The position numbers and the translations under genes are program-made. Below, piece after piece: positions 1-13,029 of a DNA stretch of 64,000 nucleotides. Source of the stretch: Camelus ferus (lineage: Eukaryota); assembly GCF_009834535.1 (NCBI RefSeq), contig NC_045707.1:60824001-60888000 (forward strand), written 5' to 3'. Each line of letters starts with the position of its first letter. Positions within the stretch are counted from its first letter, which is position 1. The notes below the pieces were generated by a model. That model was not told the origin of the DNA, made no database searches, and worked only from the letters and a program-made list of their open reading frames with translations.

Positions 1-195
1 TGATCTTAGTTAGAAATAATTATTTTTATCTTTGACAAGCAAAAAAGCATCTCTGCTAGGGGAAGAGATTCTCACAGAAGTAGGGTGCCCTATCCTGGGA
101 CTCCTAAGTCAAAAGGCCTGGTTTCAGATTTTTCCTCCTTTAACTACAGTCTGTGAGAAAAGTGTGTTAATCTCATTTCCCACATCTGTAAGATG

Positions 196-1189
196 GAGGA
201 AATTTTATGTGTCAACATGACTGGGCCATGAGATACTCAGATATTTGGTCAAATGTTATTCTGAGAATTTCTGTGAGGAAGTTTAGGTGAGATTAACATT
301 TGAATCAGTAGACTGAATAAAGCAGACTGCCCTCCCTAATATGGGCGAGCCTCGTCCAATCATTTGAAGGCCTGAACAGAACTAAAAAGCTGACCCTCTC
401 CTGGGTAAGAGGGAATTCTTCCTGCCTGATTTGAACTGAGACATTGAGTTTTTTTCTGCCTTCAGAGTCCAACTGAAATGTTAGCTCTTCCTAGATCTCA
501 AGCCCACTGAATTTTGAATTACAACTACAGCACAAACTCCCCAGATTGCCGACTCACCCTGCAGATTTTAAGACTGTTAAGCCTCTTGCATGAGCCAATT
601 CTTTACTTTATATATATATATAACATACATATGCACACAGCGTATCTTGTTTTATTGTGCTTCTCTTTGTTGTGCTTCACAGATAATGCTTTTTTTTAAA
701 TTGAAGGTTTGTAGCAACCCTGCATCAAATCAAGCCTTGTATCAATTGACACCATTTTTCAAACAGCATTTAATTTGCTGTCTTTGTGTATCTCTGTCGC
801 ATGTTGGTAATTCTCACAATATTTCAAACTTTTTCGTTATTATTATACTTATTATGATGATCCATGATCAGTGAACTTTGACATTACTACTATGACTCCT
901 GAAAGCCAGATAAATGGTTAGCATTTTTTAGCAATAAAGTATTTTTATTTTAAGGTATGTACCTTGTTTTTCTAGCTATAATGCTTTAGTCCACTTAGTA
1001 GACTACAGTATAGTGTAAACATAAATTTTATATGCATTGGGAAACCAAAAAACTCATGAGACTCACTTAATTACAGTTTTTGCTTTATTGCAGTGATCTG
1101 GACCTGAATCCACAATATCTCTGAGACATGTCTGTGTGTATATAGGTTTGATTCTTGGTTCAGTTTCTCCAGAGAACCCTAACTAATAT
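196..1189 (+). mobile_element. MLT2 (ERVL) solo LTR, interrupted by a Tigger1-derived element
   Basis: Starts 'aattttatgtgtcaacatgactgggcca', has 'gagattaacatttgaatcagtagactgaataaagcagactgccctccctaat' and a (TA)n tract, and ends 'ttggttcagtttctccagagaaccctaactaatat', as recalled for MLT2B/C. Confidence 0.85.
638..1134 (+). mobile_element. Internally deleted Tigger1 DNA transposon (non-autonomous, ~500 bp)
   Basis: Tigger1 left end ('ttttattgtgctt...aaattgaaggtttgtagcaaccctgc') joined to the right end ('gactacagtatagtgtaaacataa...caatatctctgagacatgtctg'). Confidence 0.9.
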
Positions 1190-1639
1190 GAGGATAATAA
1201 CAGGAATTACCTTATGAGGCTGTTGTGAGATTAAAGTCTATTTATGGTTCTTAGTTTACAAAGTAAGTGCTCATTAATTGTTATTTAAAAAAAAAAGTCA
1301 TGTAATGTATACTCCTGATATTAACAAATATAATTCCCACAAAAGCCCAAAGCAAAAAAATCTAAGAAAAACTCCACATATTCTCCCAAGCAGAATTCTC
1401 TAGGTCACCCTAGAGGTGATCTGGTCAACCTCACCATGTTCAGATGAAGAAACTCAAGACCAAAAAGTGGAACATCTTGCCCTGGGACTAAAATCCTGTG
1501 TATACTTGGCTACAGTTCACCTCCTCTCAAAATAAAATCTCACACCACCATTACTTCAACTGACAGAATTAAGTATTTCAGTTTTCCTGCTTCCATTTCT
1601 AGAATGTATACACCTACTCTGTAGCCATTGGATTGACTT

Positions 1640-1795
1640 TGCAATTCTCTTTTGCATGTCCATCTTCCTGTGACATTATAGCTTAGAGGGAAGGACCAGA
1701 TCTCTTCTTCTCGGTATCCCTCAGAGCCCAGCATAATTCTCTGTATGTAGTAGGTGCTTGGTAACCAAACAGAATGTGTAAGTAAATGAATGAAC
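1640..1795 (+). mobile_element. L2 LINE 3' end
   Basis: 'gtatccctcagagcccagcata...gtagtaggtgcttggtaa...taaatgaatgaa' is the typical L2 tail. Confidence 0.7.
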
Positions 1796-2656
1796 AGTTT
1801 GAAATCTTTAGTTCTGTAGCATTGATTCAGGTGACCTGGAGTAACTCCTCTCTCAGTGCCACCTTCTTCCCACCCTCCAGACCTTGGGGCACCATACAGA
1901 CTGTCACTAACAGAACAGGCAGACATGCTGCAAAACAAAACACATGCTCCATATCACAGAATACTTGAGAACACGTTCCTCTGAAATGCAAGTGGGTCTT
2001 ATCTGAGTTCTCTGTTATCAAGCCTTCCTATGACCTGTTCCTTTAGAGAGTGACAGACAGCGAGACAGAGGGAGAGGAAAGGTGGAAAGAAAGAGGAAAG
2101 GAGTCTTTAATTCTGGATCTGCTTTCACATTTTTATAGCAAGAATGATTAAACACTGCTTCCAGAGCAGGAGGTCTTATTTCCTAGTGCATCAGAAAGAA
2201 GAGGAACTGTTATTTAAAAATCAAGTATTGGTGGAGCCCACAGAGCAGAAAACCTTTTCACTTACTGTGAATGTCTTGGGAGATTGGCTAGGATGGAGGG
2301 ACGATGCTGAGAGGATGTGCTGGCAAGAAGTCCCTTTCCCTTCTTTGTTTGTATCTGCTGGAGTAGTATTTCTTAATTTTTTTTTTTTTTTGAGTCTTAG
2401 AGTCTGAGATCCTTCTAAGAATCTAATAAAAGGAACAGACTATCTTGCTAGAAAAATACACACTGATATGTGCACACATGCATTAAACACACATAAAACA
2501 CAATTTTGAATTCAGAGACCCTTAGAATGAATAATCAACCCTCCACCTGGGTGTACCCGTATATACTGACCCTCTCCTTGCTGTTTTACCTCTCTTCCCA
2601 TCCCTGGCCTGGCTGGAACAGCCTCAGGTCTATGTGACATCACAGCTGAGGAATGA

Positions 2657-2923
2657 CAGGAAGTCTGTTCTTCCAATTCCAAATTGAATTATTGAACACA
2701 GTTTCCCATAGAAATATGTTTCTGTTTGTTGATCACTTTCTGGTATATCATTAGGTCCATATTCTTGGTATCTTGTGAGTTAACAGGTTGTGAGCGTCCA
2801 TGGGGACAGAACCACTCATCTGTTTCTCTGGGAAAATGTGTTTAATCTGTTCCAACCAAACAACTTCTGAATGAAGCTTTAGAATTTAGTAAGTTGGGTA
2901 ATTAATAAGTTGGGGACAGACTG
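2657..2923. mobile_element. Ancient Tigger-type (Tigger15-like) DNA transposon remnant
   Basis: Terminal 'tgtttctctgggaaaatgtg...ttccaaccaaacaact...taagttggggacagactgt' resembles the recalled Tigger15a end. Confidence 0.45.
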
Positions 2924-4589
2924 TGCTCCATTTGTGAAAGAGGAGAAAATATCCTGTTAGACAGCCATGTTAATTGGGCTGCAAGCCCAAAGACTTAAAG
3001 GGATGCACATTATGGGAAAGCATTATTTTTAACTTAAAAAATTGAAATCTATACTCCACAACACTAAGACTCTGTTTTTAAGCCCTTCATGTTCTCTGTG
3101 GCCTAATGCATCACCTCTGTCGTATTGGTAAGTATAGGGGAGGCTGTGCTTTTTCCAGCTGGTAAAAACTTTTACATAGACATAGGTTTTTTTTTTTTTT
3201 TAAATCTTTTTGCAAGGCTGAATAACCATCTATTTTAATGATTTGAAACCATCTAAGATTTCAGTACTTTGGATTCAATTTTGATGCATAGTGTTCTATA
3301 GAAAGCACAAGCAAAAATAAATAATTCATGAATGATGTGGTACATTCATGATTTATTTACAGCCCCAAACTCATGGTAGCTCAGAGAACATCAAATGCCC
3401 TGCACCCTGTCCTGTCATTTAAAGTAGCATTTAAGGAAAAAAAGGACAAGACAGAACACAGGAAATGTACTGTTAAAGGCAATGAATTAAAAAACCGAAA
3501 TATTTGCTGAGAAATAAATTGAACAATGATGAAAATAAAACATGGCTTTGAGAAAACTAGAAGCATCAGGAGATTGACTATTAACGCCAGGAGAGAAGTT
3601 GTATATGCTATTATTTGTCATGGCCTTCTCTCTGTGCTTTTTCCTGGTTAATTCTTCATGATATCTTGTGATCTTTTTCAGTCTTCTGGAATATTCCTAT
3701 TTCCTAATAAAATTTTAACTATGAGAAAACCCTAAAATCTCTACGATGATCAGGAGAGGGACATAATTTTGTCAGTTTTCCAGTGTACTGACTAGTTCGT
3801 TGTTTTGCAAACATTTTGTTAAATCTCACAGGTCCCTGTCTCCCCTTACCAGCCATTGTCATAATGCTTGGCACACAGATCCTAAGTTGGAAGGCTGTTT
3901 CAGGCATGACTCCTTACTGGGTGATGCCTTACATTAATCTGGAGTCAAACTATTGGCAATCAAACAAAGAGTTGTGGAGGTGGGTAGGTGGGAGTAAGGA
4001 TGACAAAGTGTCTTTTTTTTTGGTAAAATTATATTTTCCTCTCCACAAAAAGGTGATTGTATCAATTAAATTGGGAAAAAGATTAATAAAAAATATTTTT
4101 TAAATTCTTCATGAGTTTTCATAAAATGCAACTCCATATGCACTGGAGACCTCAAGGCTAAAGGACACTTTCCACTTTTACTCCAGGCCCAGGAGACAGT
4201 GTATGTCCCCTGAGCCAAAGCAGGGATCAGATGGTAGGCCTAGCTAGCCAGGCCTGGGCTGACCCTGTCATCACATTCGAGGTGAATTCTCAATGAAGAA
4301 CAAGCTTTTAGTGAAACATAGGTGGTTCTGAGGGTTCACTGCCCCAAGGATCATCAGCTTCTGCCTCCTGCATGAACTACCCCTTCCCAGTTACAGATAA
4401 AACTCCAACTTTAACAAATTCCCATTCCACAGGGGGATTCTCACCATGTAATGCCTCCTTCTACCTTTTGTACAGATGGAATAGATGGACATAGTCACTA
4501 TCCCTGGGAGAGATACTTTGGCAAGTGATCCTTAGCATGGATTTTATGTCTTTCCTTCTCTTCAAGTATAACTAATTCTTGTGGGAGTT

Positions 4590-4965
4590 TGTCTTAGCTC
4601 AGGCTTCTATAAAAATTACCATAGATTGGTCGGCTTATAAACAACAGATACGTATTTCTCACAGTTCTGGAGGCTGGGAAGTCCAAGATAAAGTTGCCAG
4701 CAGGTTCAATATTCTCATGAGTTCATTCCTCCTGTCTTGCAGACGGTCGTCTTCTTCCTGTGTCTTCACATGGCAGAAAGAGAGGTCATCTCTCTCCTGT
4801 CTCTTCTTGTAAGAGCACTAATCCCATTCATGAGGGCCCCACTCATATGACCTAATTACCTCCCAAAGGCCCCACCTCCAATTACTACCACACTGAGCAT
4901 TAGAGCTTCAACATATGAATAGGGGAGGGGGGCAGTGGGAGGTCACAAACATTCAATCCATATCA
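4590..4965 (-). mobile_element. MLT1A-type MaLR solo LTR
   Basis: TG...CA termini with a perfect 5-bp TSD GAGTT (4585-4589 / 4966-4970); contains 'atttctcacagttctggaggctgggaagtccaagat'. Confidence 0.92.
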
Positions 4966-4978
4966 GAGTTTACTCTTT

Positions 4979-4981
<3 letters not shown>

Positions 4982-5011
<30 letters not shown>
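4982..5011 (+). repeat. Poly(A) tract, ~30 nt
   Basis: Uninterrupted A run seen directly. Confidence 0.95.
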
Positions 5012-5012
<1 letters not shown>

Positions 5013-6759
5013 AGGAACTTTGAAGAGACAAGACACTCAGTGGGCTAAAGCCATGAGGGGAATGGAGGTCCATGAGGTCCTGGATCCCAGCTGCAATGCA
5101 ACATTTGACAACCCTACAAATTCACTCTCAAACTTGCTGTGGTTGCTCTAGGGACCTAATAACTTTAAGGCTTTTCAGGAGGCATATTGACCCATACAGA
5201 CACCCAGAGTAGCATTTAGGGTAACATGTGAAGCAGGACTCCTTTTTCATGACAAATTTTTCTATTTCAAGCCTGTTGCTAGGGCATGATACCCATGTGG
5301 AGCAGGTGTGAGGTCAACCACAGCAGGTACCAGGCTGAAGACCTCTCAAGAGGATCATAAATGAAGATAAACTAGCTCCATTAAGTACATTGTAAAATAA
5401 ATGGTTCTTCTCCTACTTCCCCTCCCTTGAGTTTTTGAATTAGTCTGTATGATATTAGCATCTGTCTTACTTTCTTCTTTAGGACAAAGAATAAAGTCAG
5501 CTGCTTTAGAAGAAAGTATAAATGTCTTGCCAAACAAAAAGGTAAATGGGGCTCTTTGGAATACACAAGCCCTAATGAAATAGAAAAAAGGGAAGCAGAC
5601 CCCATATCATGCAAGCAAGGGTTACAGAATAGAATAACCTCTTCAATGGGGAAATCTTGGACTCTGTATGGACATTACAGCATAAACATCTCCCACAAGC
5701 CACTCGTACCACTGAGCTGAATCCAGTGGGCAGCCTAGATTATGATGCTTCTAGGAGATTACATCTATATACACGACATTAACAAATGACCTGTGAGCAG
5801 TCTGAGTACTGTGGACCAGCTGTGCTGTGAGTAAGTCCACCTAAAACAGCAGTATTGGCAGGGATGGGGTCTCTCTGAGATCAACCACCACTTTGAGGCT
5901 AGGAGTAGGGCATGGGGATGGGAGACTTTCTGAGAAATCTGCTTTTGCTAGGTAGGGGTCCTCATCTAAACCTCCCTCTAGAGCAAATGACCAGGATCAG
6001 AATTAGTCTCCTGCCATGGCCTGTAGTGACTGGTGGGGCAAAACTCAAAGAAAATGCAATTGAGCCTAGAGCATAGCAGCCTCTGAAGTGACCCAGAGTG
6101 TGGGCCAGAGGGAAACAGCTAAACCAGGCCATTTTGTTTCAAAATGCTCAAATTCTCTAGCCTGTGTGATAAGCACGGCACAGTGAACCTGGGAATTCAG
6201 CCAGGGCTGGAGTTGATTAGACCTGAGTTGCACACAGTGGCATGCTGGTTTTAACGGGCACACTAAGCCTACCTGGCTCAGAGTTGCTCTTGGAGTGTTG
6301 TGTTGAGAAGAATCCTGAGGCTGTGTCTGAGCCCAGCTGGAAAGAGGACCATGATGACTGGCAATACCCACTCTGGACCAGGGATGGAAGAAGAATGGCC
6401 ACATGCCATATATGTACCATCTCTGAACCCCACACTGACAGTGAAAGCTCTGGGCCTGGAAAAGTAGTTTGGAATCTAGTCATGGAAAGCTTCAAATATC
6501 AGACTGAAGGGTCTGGCCTTTATTTTGTGGAATTTTATGGGGTTTTTTGGTCAGAAGAGTAGTTTAAAAATATGGAATGTAAATGTCTTTAGCAGGATCC
6601 ATTCTTTCCACTTGCCAGCAGACCTACCTAGCTCCCTGTTGTCCTAAACATTCAGTCACATGTTAAATCATCTGAAAGTATTTGGGTTTAGAGTCCTGTT
6701 GCAGGAATTAGAGACTCATTGATGGATTGTGAGCTGAAAAATGACATGCTCAGAACATA

Positions 6760-7105
6760 TTTCAGGAAGATTATTCTTATAAAGATACAAAAGATGGATT
6801 AGAAGGGGGGAAATAGTAGAAGCTGCACCACCAGTTAGGCGGTTCCTGGAACCCTTCATGTGAGTTACACATACCTAAACTAGAACTGTGCAAATAAAAA
6901 GAGTGAGCTAAGACACGTGCAGAAGTGATAGCAAAGTATAGATTGGGTGTAGGGGGTGGAAAGAAGGGAGGCTTTGGAAAAAATGTCAAAATTTAAGCCT
7001 AGAGCCTGTGGAGACTGGTGATCTCGTTAACAGAGATAGGGAATTCAAATAGAGGAACATCTTTAGGCTGGGATGTGGGAAGGAAGGAGATGAGTGGATG
7101 AATTG
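6760..7105 (-). mobile_element. L2 LINE fragment
   Basis: Purine-rich L2-antisense pattern 'ccagttaggcggtt...tttaagcctagagcctgtggagactggtgatctcgttaacagagatagggaa'. Confidence 0.55.
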
Positions 7106-7745
7106 TAGAACCCAGTTATTTTTCTGATGCTGCTACTGTTATATGGCCTTGCTCACAACACAGCATTTTCCTGAGAAAACCTGTGAGTTAAGCATGGCGT
7201 CTTGTCCTATCTTTTCTAAGACTAATGGAGGGAATCCAACTTGGACAGCTGGCTAGGGTTAAAGGTTTAGCCTTTGACCATGGAACAGAGCCAGACTACC
7301 TGGGATGGAATCTGTGCCCTTGACCAGAAGAGCAAAGGACTAACTGGTAATCAGCTTCAGCCATTTCTGTTGTAACATCTAATCAGGTTTTGGCTTCCTG
7401 TCCTCAGCTTCTTGCCAGCTGGATGGTCACCTTGCCTTACTCCTTGGCACAGCTCTGGATGGATGTCACACTCAACTTGTTTGATGACTCATCTCTCTTG
7501 ATCAAGTGTGGGATTGATGGGGTGAGCATGCTAGAGAGTGGGGAAGCATGTCTAAGTCAACAAGAAGTATGGGTGCAGTCCTGTTGGATGCCTAGCTTTA
7601 CACCTTGCCCTCCTATCCAGTCTCTGAGCCCTGCTTCGTGATGCCAGATACAGGTTTTGCTAATGGTACTTGCTGCACATTCCCCACCAAGCATCCTCAT
7701 GTTGATGCTTGATGCTGAGACCCATTCTCACCTGTTGAGTGCCGG

Positions 7746-8240
7746 TTCAGTTATCAGTTAACTTGGTGACTTGGTATAACCTTTTTATTGTTTTTCATGA
7801 TTGTTTAGATTGACTGGGGCTCAGGTGAATGTCTCACAGGACCTTCACAGATCTATAGATGGGGCTGGAATGTCCAGAATGTTTCATTCATATGTCTGGT
7901 CCCTCGGCAGGGATAGCTGGAAGCTGGACTCAGTTGGGCTACTGATGACTGGGTCTCTTCCTCTCACCATATAGTCTCTGGCCTCTCCCTTTCAATATGG
8001 CCTTCTTACATGGTCTCTCCAGCAGGTAGCTGAACACCTTACATGGTGCTCAGGAATTTCCAAAGCACAAAAGCAGAAGCTTCCATGCATTCTGATGATT
8101 TAGCCTCAGAATTGGCACAGTGTCACTTCTGTTTTGTTGTGTTGGTTAAACTGAGTCATACAGCCAGCCTAAATTTAGAGTGTGAAGAGATTACATAAGG
8201 ATGTGAATATTGGGAGATGCAATTCACTGGGGGACATTCA
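7746..8240 (-). mobile_element. MLT1H/I-type MaLR LTR
   Basis: 'catggtctctccagcaggtagctgaacaccttacatggtgctcagg...ttagcctcagaattggcacagtgtcacttctg...aaggatgtgaatattgggag'. Confidence 0.75.
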
Positions 8241-8548
8241 GTGGCTTCACATCTCTCTCAGAATAAAAACCCTCTGGGGACCTCTGTGAACTCAACCCCA
8301 CACCCTCTGACCTCAACTCCATCCTTTCTCCTTCCCTCCTCCACTTCTCTCTAGCTACACTGGCTCCCTTGCTTGCCTTCAGCCTGAGAGAGGTGGGGTG
8401 GAAGGAGACATTCAGGGAGGTGGTGATGGGAACCTGAGTGTGTCTGGCCAGACATGTAGGAATCATTTAGGAAGACAATTAATGGTAAGGGAATCCCAAG
8501 AAAGGATAGAACATTTAAGGGCACTGCAGATTTTGAAAATTGCTTAAA

Positions 8549-8648
8549 GGGTGGTGGTGGATATAGCTCAGTGGTAAAGTGCATGCTTAGCATGCACAAA
8601 GTGCTGGGTTCAATCCCCAGTACCTCCATTTAAAAAAAAGAGAAAAAA
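8549..8648 (+). mobile_element. tRNA-Ala-derived SINE (camelid Vic-1-like), short form
   Basis: A-box 'tagctcagtggtaaag', anticodon arm 'catgcttagcatg', B-box 'ggttcaatcccc', followed directly by an A-rich tail. Confidence 0.9.
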
Positions 8649-8654
8649 ATTGTC

Positions 8655-8935
8655 AAATGTTTGGTTAGAACATAGAATAGCTATTGGGGTGTTACAGAAG
8701 ATGAGGCTAAAAGAGACAAGGAAGGGCCAGATCATGAAGGAAATTATGTGCCAAGCCAAAAAATTTCAGTTTAGTTCCCTAGATATTGAAGGGTTGTAAG
8801 ACGGAAAAACTTGATTGGATTTGCATTTTAGAAAGAGCACTCTGGCAGTTTGGAAGATTCACTAGAAAGTGCAGTGATTAAAAAAACAGACGAGTTAAGA
8901 GGTTATTGCAAAATACCAGGCAAGATGTGGTGAGG
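8655..8935 (-). mobile_element. L2 LINE fragment
   Basis: 'agggccagatcatgaagg...ggatttgcattttagaaagagcactctggcag...gagttaagaggttattgcaaataccaggcaagatgtggtgaggg'. Confidence 0.75.
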
Positions 8936-11900
8936 GACTTCCCCTAGAATGTGTGAAGTCCCTGGGCAAAATATATGGAGGGCGGGGTCCTGTCTATATG
9001 AAAAATTAGATTAAAAATGTGTTACACAGTTCATGGGCCCATGAAAGATGATTAACTGATGATTTAGAAAATGGGTGGAGTAGAGATACTAATAATTGTT
9101 TTCTATCCAATGAGTGACTGAAGCATTCTTTGTATTATCCAGGCCCCATCTGTTCCTGTTCAGGTCTAGAAGCTATCTCTTTGTGCTCTTTCTTGTTAAA
9201 TATGCTGTCCCCAGCTAATTTATACCTCTCATTTCAAGAAAAAGGTGGCAACACAGGTATTACTCAAATGTCAAGGCTTTTCACAAGCTATTTGTATGAA
9301 GACAATATAGATCTTTTTGCTCCTGCATTTCCCTAAAATCAATTATTTTCATGCTGGTTACATCATTACTCCTGATGGGGCAGCATCCATCATGCCACCT
9401 CTGACACTGGCTTCCAGTGGGCCTTTCAGAGGTTGTTACTCTCTCAGAGATCATTATCATTGTTGATGACCACAAATGTAAGCCCTGCCCGGGGAGTGCA
9501 GGAGAATGTGAGCAACAAATCATTTTCTGCTCATGTTAAATTTATTGTTCAGAATTTTATACCTTAAATGTAAAATAGCACATATTCCAACCATGGCTTC
9601 TCTTGAACTCTTTAGGCCATACTCATTGCATTCCTAGAATGTCATCTCTTTTAACACTGAACAGACCTGGGACTTCTACACCCAATGAGGATGGGAGAGG
9701 AGCCTGTGGGCCTAGTGGAAAGAGCATGGCATTTACTCAAGGAATGTCCATCCCTCATCTGGCAGGCCTTAAGACCTACCTAGGAGAACACGATGTCACC
9801 ATATCAGTCAGAGGAAAGAAAGGATATTGATCAGAAAACCTTTGCCACTACACAGAAATGACCCAAAAGCCCTTGGAGGAGATAGGCCTGGTCATTTCTG
9901 AGGACTTCCTAATATGTAGTACATCACATGCAAGAGGAGTAGGGTAGACTGCCCTGGGTGCCAAGCAGCAAGGGTTGGAGGTAAAGGATTCTGCTACCAG
10001 TGTCATTATCCTTGGATGCTTAAGACCAGCAATGGCACTGCAGTTGGAGCAAGGACACTCAAGGGCCAATGCGCAGGCCCACACATGCAGCTCAGGTCCA
10101 AAGATGGGCAGTGGACTCTCAGTTCTTCAAAGCCCTGATTTTTTCTTACATCTGTTGCAAGTGTCAGTAACCCCAAATTAGAATGTCAGTACAACTCTGG
10201 CAACCTGATCTTAAACTATCTTGTGAAAGAAATACCATGCTGGCCAGTAGGAACAATTTGCCTGTCAAGCTGTAAACTGTTGGAGATCAGGTGTGACCAC
10301 ATGATTCCAGAAAAACCCCAGAATTCCTTGGGGCAACTGGTCGACCACCCATACCAGGTAGAGTTTGAGAGAGCACTCTGAAGAGGAGACATAGGGACCA
10401 GGAACCATGTGGGCTGGACACTGCTGGACCCACCCAGTCCCAGGCACTGGAGGGGACATTGAAAAATTTGAGAAAAGCACTCTAGAACATGAGGCCCACT
10501 TTGTGACAAGGTGCCCTGCTTGCCCTTATTTAAGGGTGGTGCTCACAGTTTAAGGGGCACTGGATTGAATTGCTGGAGGTTTATTTGAGAGACTCTTCGA
10601 AGATGCTACAGGAAATGATCCATAATAATTGATTTCCAAACTCTTCTCCCTCTCCCCTTCTCTTGAACATGTATATATTTTGTCAAACAAATCAGGGAAC
10701 ACCAATATGTAAAACAGATACAAGTCAAAACCATGGTGATTGAAGTGGGTCATGAGCGCTCAGAATCTAGCTGATGGCCCGAGTTCAGTACCCTGACCCC
10801 TGAGACACCTCTGTCTCCCTGGACCCCTAGGAAAACCATAGGGCTCCATGGAACACAGTTTGAAAACCATGCATCTAAAGAATGCGCAAGTGTGGTGGTG
10901 GACATAAAGGCTGAATTGCTGCTCACTCCACTGTTAGTATTGCACCATCCGTTAATATTCCCCACATGGTGTTTTCTAATCTGCTTTGGAAGTTTGTTGA
11001 ACTTAAGCCACTTTCTTTAACTTTTTCAGTTTCCTTTTTCCCTCAGGAATCCAGTTCAAATCTTTCTTAAGTTTTGTAGTTCTCCCCTGCCTCCAACCAC
11101 CCTATGTAAGGCAATAAGGAAATTTTAGAGAAGGAGTTATTGTTATTTATGGACGGTTTATAATGACTTCCCCCCAAAAGGAAATAACCAAAAGAATAAA
11201 ATAGTCTTCCCAAATCCTTCCAACCAAATGAATTGGAGTGAAACATGCCAGTGAGCTCCCATACCTGTGCTTGGTTTTATGTTAAGGACAGTGTCTCTGA
11301 AGCTTCATTTAAGGCCCACTTGGAAATGATTTATTTTCACTGGAAAGTCATGCAATTTTTTTCCCCAAAAAATCCCTTTACTGAACGGCTCCAGGAGGGC
11401 TTCACTGTTTTCTGGAGAACAGTAAAGCTATTGTGCCTTAAACTGGAATGAATGACAGCAAAGGAGGCCGACCTCAGGGCCCTCACACCACAGATAAAAG
11501 GGCTGCTTTGAAATTCTTGCTGACCAGCTGACAGTATTTTCATTATTTCTGGACGCCTAACACTGGAAACCTTTTGAAGGAGCAGGATTTTGTGTCACAC
11601 ACCCAGGGTAAGTTAGCTGAAATAGTACACATTCTACCTGTCCCGTAGCTTCCAGAGGCTAAAGGCTAACGAACTATGAAAGTGACTTTACTAAAGATGT
11701 AGAAATGAAACCCAAATGGGATGTAATGATATCAGATCAAACCTGGCCCCTGAGGAAAATGTGGAACAGCCCAGAGGAATCTCTCTTTCAGTGACCTGCA
11801 AGCAAAAGCCTGGCTGGAAATTGGGCAGAAGATTGCAGGGACTAGGAACCAGAACAGGGGCAGGGTCTATTCCACTGGTGGTTGGAGGAAGTTAATGAAA

Positions 11901-12364
11901 GAGAGACTACCTTTAGATCACTTTCCTCTTTGAGTGCTGGCAAAGTGGGCCCTGAGGTTTTAGTGGCACATCTTACCAATCCTTGAAAAGGTGCCACTAT
12001 CAGAAAATTGCTCAGATTTGCTGCTGTTGTCCTCCTTTGCCCTCTGCCATCAACAGTGCCACCTGCGAGGTGCCTTCCAGAGGAGATGGACACATTACCA
12101 GCCCAGGCATCTAGGTCATCCATTGGGCACAACTCTGTCACTTCCTCTGAAGCCTCCTTTTGTCTTTTATTCAGAATTGAGCTATGTTACCACCACGAGC
12201 TTTGAACCTTGGTTCTGTGCATTATGCATTGCACTTTATTATGTTTCGTATTTTAATGAGATTAGCCTTATCGACACAAACCCTGTCTTGTTTACACTCG
12301 ATTCTCTGACAGCATCTGCACAATACTTAACTTTTCTGGATTTTCAGATCCTTGGATGTTAATT

Positions 12365-12780
12365 GAGAATTCCACATGTTTGGTAGATATTTAAAACAAA
12401 TAAACATCTGTTTATTGGCCATTGTGATGACCCCCTTTTGGGAAGTACCTATCTATGTCTTTTGCTCACTTTTCTTTTGGGTTACCTGGCTTTTTCATAC
12501 TGATTTATAGTATTCTGGATTAAAATCCATTATCTATTGTAAGTACTACAAATATCTTCTCCCACTCTTGGCATCCCTTTTCATTCTCTCAAAGGTGTCT
12601 TTTGGTGAAAAGAAATTCCTAATATTATATAGTCCAATTCATCATTTTATTTACAGCTAATGTGTCATGAGAAATCTTTGTCTAGTCCCAAATCTCAATG
12701 GTAGTCTCCTAAATTTCTTTTAGAGGCGTTATTTCCCTTTTCTCATTTAGATAATCAATTGTGATCAACTTTTTCTAGAC
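12365..12780 (-). mobile_element. Old L1 (L1ME-like) ORF2/3' fragment
   Basis: 'ctatgtcttttgctcacttttc...aaatatcttctcccactc...aaagaaattcctaatattatatagtccaatt'. Confidence 0.75.
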
Positions 12781-13029
12781 AGGCGTGTAAAAATACCCAC
12801 TATCCATCAAGGTCACCATCACTCAGCCTACTTCTATTTATAAATGCATAATAATGCCTTGTGTAACTTCTCAAACATTTACCTCTGATACGTTAAAAGA
12901 GAATGCTAGTCAAGTTAATACAGTTTTCTACACTTAACTTACTTCTCTGGAGCCCTTTGAACCCACAGCTAGTAAGAAAAGCAGAAAAGATAATATGTCA
13001 AAAAAAAAAAAACTTTGGTGCGGAACAGC

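Larger units (their letters stand above)
135..1285 (+). mobile_element. MIR SINE split by an MLT2 LTR insertion
   Basis: MIR core 'ttcccacatctgtaagatggagga' ends at ~200 and resumes at ~1190 as 'gaggataataacagga...gctgttgtgagattaaa...aagtaagtgctcattaattgttatt'. Confidence 0.65.

Noticed and set aside
4982..5011. Poly(A) as the tail of a processed pseudogene
   Set aside because: Upstream sequence is an MLT1 LTR end plus a few bases, with no retrocopy body or convincing TSD.
8940..10545. Possible old hAT-Tip100 remnants (end resembling MamTip2 near 10500-10543)
   Set aside because: Too diverged to assign a family or boundaries by eye.
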